Shown here piece by piece: positions 34,001-35,886 of a stretch of 35,886 nt of DNA (the stretch's first letter is position 1; every line of letters begins with the position of its first letter). This DNA is from an uncultured Gammaproteobacteria bacterium (GTDB lineage: Bacteria; Patescibacteriota; Microgenomatia; UBA1406; GWC2-37-13): the NCBI GenBank assembly GCA_964476545.1, contig CAYZAZ010000005.1, positions 1-35,886 of the forward strand, given 5' to 3'. The translations under genes were made by a program, and so were the position numbers. The notes under the pieces were generated by a model that saw only the letters and a list, made by a program, of their open reading frames with translations, was not told where the DNA came from and searched no databases.

Positions 34001-34319
34001 TGATGAAGCTTCTAAATCAGATTTCTTTGATAATACGGCTGATGAAAGAGGCACGCCAGGCGCAACTAACCGTTCAGAAAACGAACCCTATGTCGAAAAT
34101 CCAACTCAATCACCCACTCAATCACCCATGCCAACAATTGAGATTACACCTGTTCCAGAATTTACAGAAACACCAGTTCAGCCCACCCCAACAATCTTTT
34201 CAACCCCCGGGGTTGAAAGTGAAGTTACGCCAACTATTGAACCAACGGTCGAGCCCACAAATCAACCAGTTAGTGAACCAACTAACGAACCAATTACTGA
34301 TCCAACACCCACAATATGA
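31089..34319 (+). CDS. SipW/archaeal-type (S26B) signal peptidase I fused to a large extracellular adhesin-like region (Ig/FN3-like, CBM-like, lamin-tail domain, Pro/Thr-rich tail)
   Basis: 1076 aa. Residues 1-165 read TM, then VTTGSMRPKIPEGSIVFV...ITF...VTHRIV...TKGDANNSND, then TM, matching the SipW/ER-type peptidase boxes. Residues 166-210 form an internal signal-peptide-like segment ending FGVFTD. Downstream are WRVQAKD../WVRIRAKDIAGN Ig-like modules, NSDFETGDLTNW (CBM4/9-like), FN3 (TWTAPGNDG...YDIRYS), lamin-tail motif INELMWMGS..DQWIELRN and a PT-rich tail. Confidence 0.8.
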   Translation: MSKVLKIIWRILPTIILVLTSVSILTILPLRNSPFKAFIVTTGSMRPKIPEGSIVFVDRKPSKPLKTNDIITFKKPNNPIDNVTHRIVKIILKSGKPVIITKGDANNSNDVWDLKKDAIWGKVVFSLPYIGYFANFAKTKIGVIILVLIPLGFIAISELFVIFKEVEKFKERRRKKKQKNSSTEILSKTLPLLLIFLNITLLNSFGVFTDRITSTLAVVTTKCWTNPLQPTSLLPNNNTVSNSTDINFSWPATTSNCPIATLEYNFQIFSDSSLTTLVTESGFLSNLSFNYTSIPEGEYWWRVQAKDQYNNTSNSTSHHLIIDRTSPTVPGQIDWTTENPPSGSDYISGSDFDNFKTCNGALNYSPMTNLWSPSTDTNSFTYEREVYSPIGNLIYFHLGMTTNYENGGGAVDGTTYWVRIRAKDIAGNYSAWTSKCAITYDTTSPSIPSLSVTGSFTKAVEEKINNSDFETGDLTNWRSAGDVQVMTTDNGSTPDFTVTPYDGVYMTRIGQASSYVWENRLMGSFDSGAKSLSMRYNFFSRDAGSQDNPGFFIRLNGQEIFSLNTSSVNPGAINDGNARSTDWQEYKYDLSNVTDSKINLAMYAGNTSDTLNNSWVYVDKITTYFVSAPAHAIYDLSGSDNLGGSGISHFEYDIDGSGWLTGNSFGNVAPFSNGGTHTLLYRSIDNAGNSSAISTVRIITDDIAPSTISDLAVTSTSNTANLTWTAPGNDGTSNRASSYDIRYSTSNITDDTTFNSATKVEKVPVPKEPGETENLEIIGLNPSTLYYFAVKTSDEAPNTSLLSNVPSDTTSAGSTINAGDLIINELMWMGSSQGADDQWIELRNMTDHAIDLTNVTFTKYDGTTDILMLTIPSGNIPAHGYFLIANFANTASKLKDSLTVDLVTTDVDLSNANLSIKLFDSTLNMIDEAWDQSAPIEGIYDATPGSEKYYSMERTSVPGNGTDPLNWYTCIDEASKSDFFDNTADERGTPGATNRSENEPYVENPTQSPTQSPMPTIEITPVPEFTETPVQPTPTIFSTPGVESEVTPTIEPTVEPTNQPVSEPTNEPITDPTPTI

Positions 34320-35626
34320 AAAATTTAACTAAATATCTAATTAATTTTACAATTATTTTTTATTCATTATTCTTTATTAATTTATCTTTTACATTTGCCG
34401 CTGATTTTAATTTAGACTGTACCGGTTCAGGATGTAATAAAACAGGTATTGAACCTCTCTTTAATAATACGACCGATGGCGTCTGGTACCCAGGCCGAAC
34501 TCTTACAAAATCAATTAATTTGAAAAACTCTTCCGCTGATTCTAAAGAAATGGATATTAAACCAACAAGAACATCCACTTCAAATATTTTAGAAGATGTT
34601 ATGCAGATTAGTATTGTTACAAATCCAGGTGGCTTAGTAATTTGGGCTGGAAGCTTGAGTGATTTTTATAATCAAACGAAAATAAATATGGGAACATTTT
34701 CCTCGGGAGTAAATCAAGATTATAACTTTAGTGCCACTATGAACTCATCTGCCGACAATAGCTATCAAAATTTAGAGTCAGTTTTTGATTTGACTCTTGG
34801 TTTTTGGGAAGAATCACCCACGCCTACTCCAACAGATGCTGGTGGAGGCGGTGGCGGAGGAGGAACAAGTGACGGATCAGTTTCTGGCGCCTCAGCACCA
34901 GTTTGTAATGACACTGCACCAGCCAGCGCCCCAAATATTTTATTTGCAACAGGTGGAACCAATAGTGTCACTTTAACTTGGAGTGAAGCATCTGCTCCAG
35001 TTTCTTATTATTTAGTGGCTTATGGCGCTTCTCCAAGTAATAATACATATGGTAATCCCAATGTCGGAGGAAATGGCACAACAAGCTACACTGTCTCTGG
35101 CTTATCAGGTGGCACTAACTATTGTTTCATTGTTCGCGCAGGGAATGGTTGTAAGCCAGGTCCTTTTTCAGGTCAAGTTTGTGCAACTCCTGGAGGAATT
35201 TTTATTCCTGCTGGACCAGCCGCTGGCTTTGCCGAAGGCGTCCTCGGAGAAGCTACTCAATCGGCGGAATTAAGCTCCACCCCATCAGCCGGAATTCTTG
35301 GCGCAACTCAAAATAAAACTTGTAAAGATTGTCTTTGGTGGCAGATACTTCTTGGAGAGTTTATTGTTCTTTTAGCTTTTTATTTTATATTAGTAAAAAA
35401 ACTACACAAAAAAGTAAAATACACTGCTTATTTTGGAATTTTTATTCCAATTTTAACCTATATTATATTTCTTTGGTTAAATAGAAATTGCTTTGGTGGC
35501 TTTAAATTTACCTTTATTATTCCTTCAATTAATTTTTTCTGTAAATATTTTCTTATCTTAGCGACAATTCTTTATACAGCGGTCACACTTTATTGGAGAC
35601 ATAAAAAAACAGAAGTAGTTAAATAA
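34316..35626 (+). CDS. Membrane-anchored protein: N-terminal signal/anchor, TasA/camelysin-like domain, Gly/Pro-Thr linker, FN3 domain and three C-terminal TM helices
   Basis: 436 aa. Its start overlaps the upstream stop (ATGA). VWYPGRTLTKSINLKNSS and ...NSYQNLESVFDLTLGF parallel the TasA-family PGD...KN.GS and C-terminal FQG...F motifs. Also has a G8 linker, an FN3-like SVTLTWSEASAPVSYYLVAYG...YCFIVRAGN, and hydrophobic helices after residue ~340. Confidence 0.65.
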   Translation: MKNLTKYLINFTIIFYSLFFINLSFTFAADFNLDCTGSGCNKTGIEPLFNNTTDGVWYPGRTLTKSINLKNSSADSKEMDIKPTRTSTSNILEDVMQISIVTNPGGLVIWAGSLSDFYNQTKINMGTFSSGVNQDYNFSATMNSSADNSYQNLESVFDLTLGFWEESPTPTPTDAGGGGGGGGTSDGSVSGASAPVCNDTAPASAPNILFATGGTNSVTLTWSEASAPVSYYLVAYGASPSNNTYGNPNVGGNGTTSYTVSGLSGGTNYCFIVRAGNGCKPGPFSGQVCATPGGIFIPAGPAAGFAEGVLGEATQSAELSSTPSAGILGATQNKTCKDCLWWQILLGEFIVLLAFYFILVKKLHKKVKYTAYFGIFIPILTYIIFLWLNRNCFGGFKFTFIIPSINFFCKYFLILATILYTAVTLYWRHKKTEVVK

Positions 35627-35718
35627 AGTGGATACCGTCCAGAAAGTGGCACCTAATATAACCACTTTAACTTGATTTAGTATAACAAACTCTTCATAAA
35701 TGGGGCATATAAAAAATT

Positions 35719-35818
35719 GTCATTCTGGCAAACGATGAGTGCTGAAGTGCGTCCAGAATCGTCGTCTAAACAACGATCCTGGATAATCCTTCGATAAACT
35801 CAGGATTACCAGGATGAC
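35719..35818. repeat. Intergenic double-hairpin palindromic element with GTCATTCTGG / CCAGGATGAC termini
   Basis: Terminal inverted repeat matches 9 of 10. Inner pairings are ATTCTGG...CCAGAAT and ATCCTGGATAATCC...GGATTACCAGGAT. Confidence 0.6.
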
Positions 35819-35846
35819 TATTAAATGTAAAATAGAGTACAAATGA

Positions 35847-35875
35847 CAAAAAAGAGCGGGTTATTCTACCGCTCT
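35847..35875 (-). terminator. Rho-independent terminator for a minus-strand gene lying beyond the right edge
   Basis: Minus strand: AGAGCGG-tagaataac-CCGCTCT followed by TTTTTTG. Confidence 0.5.
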
Positions 35876-35886
35876 ATTTCTAAGGG

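Noticed and set aside
34000-34332. 110-aa Gln/Pro-rich ORF in an alternative frame of the PT-rich tail
   Set aside because: This is a frame artefact of the repetitive Pro/Thr-coding DNA. The main frame is continuous with the lamin-tail domain.
34765-34971. 68-aa minus-strand ORF containing a poly-Pro run
   Set aside because: It is the reverse complement of the G8 linker coding tract in the 34316-35626 gene.
35643-35668. AAAGTGG...CCACTTT hairpin as the terminator of the last plus-strand gene
   Set aside because: The stem is 7 bp with a 12-nt loop and no following T-run, which is too weak to call.
1-35886. Alternative genetic code (UGA recoding, as in some CPR lineages)
   Set aside because: Conserved genes are full length under the standard code, and TGA terminates at least two well-delimited genes (the stops at 20229 and 34319).

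Overview
This is an AT-rich, tightly packed bacterial window using the standard genetic code (TGA, TAA and TAG all act as stops in full-length conserved genes). Gene content and the intergenic repeats suggest a small-genome Patescibacteria/CPR-like organism, but that is inference only.

Left third, minus strand: housekeeping genes atpB, an atpZ/I-like gene, dnaE, gatC-gatA-gatB, an orphan TPP-dependent enzyme, a NUDIX hydrolase, murT-gatD (peptidoglycan amidation), htpX and lemA.

Centre: a LysM protein, tRNA-Gly(CCC), a SAM methyltransferase, a Bro-N protein, tRNA-Thr(CGT) and an Ig-like membrane protein. These are followed by a minus-strand glycan-assembly operon (GT2, a GT2-Wzx fusion, GT4, GT2, O-antigen-ligase-like), a GT-C-like membrane protein and a secreted beta-propeller/lipase fusion.

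Right third: two tandem paralogues of unknown function, a metal ABC importer (ATPase and permease, no binding protein), and the most unusual locus at 30374-35626.

That locus encodes (i) a TasA/camelysin-like secreted subunit with a SipW-type signal peptide, a strong promoter and a strong SD. It also encodes (ii) a SipW/archaeal-type signal peptidase fused in frame, through an internal SipW-type signal peptide, to an adhesin-like passenger of about 860 aa. Finally it encodes (iii) a second TasA-like domain protein with FN3 and a polytopic C-terminal membrane anchor.

Other recurring signals:
- GTCATT...AATGAC palindromic elements inserted in frame in gatB and gatD.
- Several families of intergenic repeats with 7-nt periodicity.
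- Many genes whose -10 box lies 5-9 nt from the start codon, implying leaderless mRNAs.
- A tRNA whose CCA overlaps the next ATG.

No rRNA, CRISPR array, transposase or integrase was seen.
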